A stretch of 47,989 nucleotides of DNA, from IMG/VR virus record IMGVR_UViG_3300030372_003502, positions 1-47,989 of that record. One strand, written 5' to 3'. Below the pieces are notes generated by a model. The model saw nothing but the letters and a program-made list of their open reading frames with translations, made no database searches and was not told the DNA's origin. This DNA comes from a virus. Its lineage: Duplodnaviria; Caudoviricetes. This document shows, in pieces, positions 46,057 to 47,989 of the stretch (position 1 is its first letter; each line of letters starts with the position of its first letter). A program made the translations under genes and the position numbers.

Positions 46057-47264
46057 TATTGACCGCCCTCTTCAGGTAATAGTATCTTTCTATATGGATT
46101 AGCTTGTTGTGGCATTAATGCACTTTCAAAAGGCTTTCTGTCGTCCGACTCATAAAGCCCTTTAGCTAAATTTAATAACTGTAAAGTTGTAAGTACTCCA
46201 AGTCCTAGGCTTGTTTTTCCGCCTAATTTAGAAAGACCTGATTTTGTCAAACCTGCAGAGCCTCCTTTAGGTTTTATATTTGCTGATTTTAACAAAGCTG
46301 AGCTTGTTCTATATTTTTGTCCTTGAACTTTATTAACAATACTAGATTTAAGCTTTTGGTTATCAATTTTAGTTCTTGCATCAGCTGTGCTTCTACCATC
46401 TACTTCATTAATACCTAAAGCTTGAGCTCTTTGTTTTAATTTTGCCATATCATCAGTAGTAACAAGCCCACCTGCAAGCCTATCTCTTAACATGTTTGAT
46501 GCTCCAGTAGTACCGTAATAAGCAGCTGCTCCTCCAGTTCCTAATGTTTGTGCAATATCTTGCTCATAATCAGATGCTCCAAGCATTCCAGCTAAATCTC
46601 CTGCAAAACTAGCTCCTAGCATAGGCAAGCCTTGACCTAAAGCAGTTCTAAGTGTCCCAGCTCCTTTAAATTTAGCCTTTTTAAGCATACCAGTAAGACC
46701 TTTGCCTACTCCAAAAGATAAAAGACCTGCACCTCCATATGCTAAAGGATTTTCTACTATAGATTCTGCTAGGCCTTCACCTTCAGCTTCTGGAATATAA
46801 CTTGACATAGCTTGTACTTTTGCAGGGTCTGTTTCGTTTTGTATAGAGCTTCTTAGTGCAGCTCCATACTCAGGATTTTTTCTGTATAAATCTTCCCATT
46901 TTTCTTCAGGTATACCCATCATTTGAAGAGTTCCTAATTGTTCTTGAAATTTAGAATTTGCAGCAGCACTATACATAGGCCATAACTCCTGCTCAAATTT
47001 CATAACATCAACTTTTAATGGGGGTTTGAACGATTCCGCTTTCCTTTTATACTCATTCCATAAACCCTCTTTGTTAAAAGGTTTAACACCAGGGTTAAAA
47101 GATAAATTGGCTCCATCCCATGAAAGGTTTGGACTTACTTCATAAGCTTGACTTTGTATATATTCAAGAAAGTCTTGCTCGAAATTCATTTGATTCTGTG
47201 CTCTCATTTTTTCTCTTTGAGCACCAAAGTTAAAATCCATCAATGTTGGCATTCCTGTTGCCAT
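46056..47264 (-). CDS. Putative internal virion/ejection protein
   Basis: 402 aa with several Gly-rich hydrophobic segments; AGGAGG RBS. Confidence 0.6.
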   Translation of the reverse strand: MATGMPTLMDFNFGAQREKMRAQNQMNFEQDFLEYIQSQAYEVSPNLSWDGANLSFNPGVKPFNKEGLWNEYKRKAESFKPPLKVDVMKFEQELWPMYSAAANSKFQEQLGTLQMMGIPEEKWEDLYRKNPEYGAALRSSIQNETDPAKVQAMSSYIPEAEGEGLAESIVENPLAYGGAGLLSFGVGKGLTGMLKKAKFKGAGTLRTALGQGLPMLGASFAGDLAGMLGASDYEQDIAQTLGTGGAAAYYGTTGASNMLRDRLAGGLVTTDDMAKLKQRAQALGINEVDGRSTADARTKIDNQKLKSSIVNKVQGQKYRTSSALLKSANIKPKGGSAGLTKSGLSKLGGKTSLGLGVLTTLQLLNLAKGLYESDDRKPFESALMPQQANPYRKILLPEEGGQ

Positions 47265-47285
47265 ATTTATCCTCCTGTTATTCCT

Positions 47286-47989
47286 TTAATATAATAATCC
47301 CTTTATATAATTTAAAGGGTTATTGCTAAATTCTTTAAGTTCCTCAACAACAGTTGGCCCATATTTTTGAATAGCCTCTGTCATATTAAAATTTTCATTT
47401 TCATTTTCATCTTCATTTTCATTTAAATTAACACTAGGTTCACTTAAATTAACATTAGGTTCATTTAAATTTTGAACGTAATTAACTATATCTCCCATTT
47501 CATCATCGCTAATTTCTTCAGGGTAATAATTTTCAGGTAACTCTACAGTATCAAATATATTTGGCTGTACTTCATTTTTAGGTACTGTATTGTTAAAACC
47601 TCCAATCATATCAGAAAGCCTATCTACTACAGACCTACCAGGCATATTAGATAATTCTCCTGTTGCATATGGTAAATACTCTTCTAGTAAATTAGAAAAT
47701 CGACTATCGCCAAAAGTATCATACATTTGTGTAAACTCTGGTCCTAAATTGCCAAATTGGCCTTGATAACGAGCTTTAAATTCATCTTTTGGTAGAGTTT
47801 CGTAATCTGACAATATACTTGCCTCAAACTCTCTATTAACAGGAGACTCTCCACTTCTATCTACATAGGAAATATAAGGTATGTTTTGATATTGATTTTC
47901 ACCTACTTTTACTTGTTTCATTATTTTTGAAACATCTCCACCAGATAATGCTTTTTCAAAGCCCAATGGGTCTGCGCTAGTTACTCCAT
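47286..47989 (-). CDS. 3' part of the junction-spanning ~329-aa acidic protein (starts at 466)
   Basis: In frame with 1..466 via the terminal repeat. Confidence 0.85.
   Translation of the reverse strand, partial: GVTSADPLGFEKALSGGDVSKIMKQVKVGENQYQNIPYISYVDRSGESPVNREFEASILSDYETLPKDEFKARYQGQFGNLGPEFTQMYDTFGDSRFSNLLEEYLPYATGELSNMPGRSVVDRLSDMIGGFNNTVPKNEVQPNIFDTVELPENYYPEEISDDEMGDIVNYVQNLNEPNVNLSEPSVNLNENEDENENENFNMTEAIQKYGPTVVEELKEFSNNPLNYIKGLLY
47810..47989 (+). repeat. Terminal direct repeat, right copy
   Basis: 177/180 identical to 1..180. Confidence 0.97.

Larger units (their letters stand above)
1..47989. mobile_element. Apparently complete lytic podovirus-like bacteriophage genome (circularly permuted assembly, unit length ~47809 bp)
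   Basis: Terminal overlap, terminase/portal/scaffold/capsid/tail module, replication module, dense TAATG/ATGA-coupled genes; no integrase or host housekeeping genes seen. Confidence 0.95.

Noticed and set aside
47385-47475. Short Asn/Glu repeats (NLNEPNVNLSEPSVNLNENEDENENEN)
   Set aside because: Ordinary low-complexity coding linker
1-47989. Genome-wide stop-codon reassignment
   Set aside because: Long ORFs are intact under code 11 and TAA, TAG and TGA all terminate coupled genes; only the TGA at 34645 looks special

Overview
This window looks like a complete, circularly permuted genome of a lytic podovirus-type dsDNA phage of about 47.8 kb. The two ends overlap by 180 bp, with 3 mismatches. 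The genome has two transcriptional halves. The minus-strand late arm runs 23724->1/47989->36155 and encodes a lysozyme, terminase, portal, scaffold, major capsid protein, adaptors, a nozzle-like protein, a tail fibre and putative ejection proteins. It ends in a 3108-aa protein with two-barrel RNA polymerase motifs (GGADLDGD), probably a virion RNAP. The plus-strand early/replication arm runs 24237->36117 and encodes a Sak4-like ATPase, an SSB-like protein, an AEP primase-SF4 helicase fusion, an HTH protein, an HNH nuclease, a spore photoproduct lyase-like radical SAM enzyme and a stand-alone RNAP alpha-CTD. The most striking element is a compact phage-encoded ubiquitin-like conjugation cassette (Ubl - E2-like - JAB peptidase - E1/ThiF, 26171..29534). 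There is also a candidate phage selenoprotein (Zn-ribbon ORF with an in-frame TGA followed by a bacterial SECIS-like hairpin) and several structured intergenic RNAs. I saw no integrase, DNA polymerase, tRNA or CRISPR array. All family calls come from motif recognition by eye, not from database searches.
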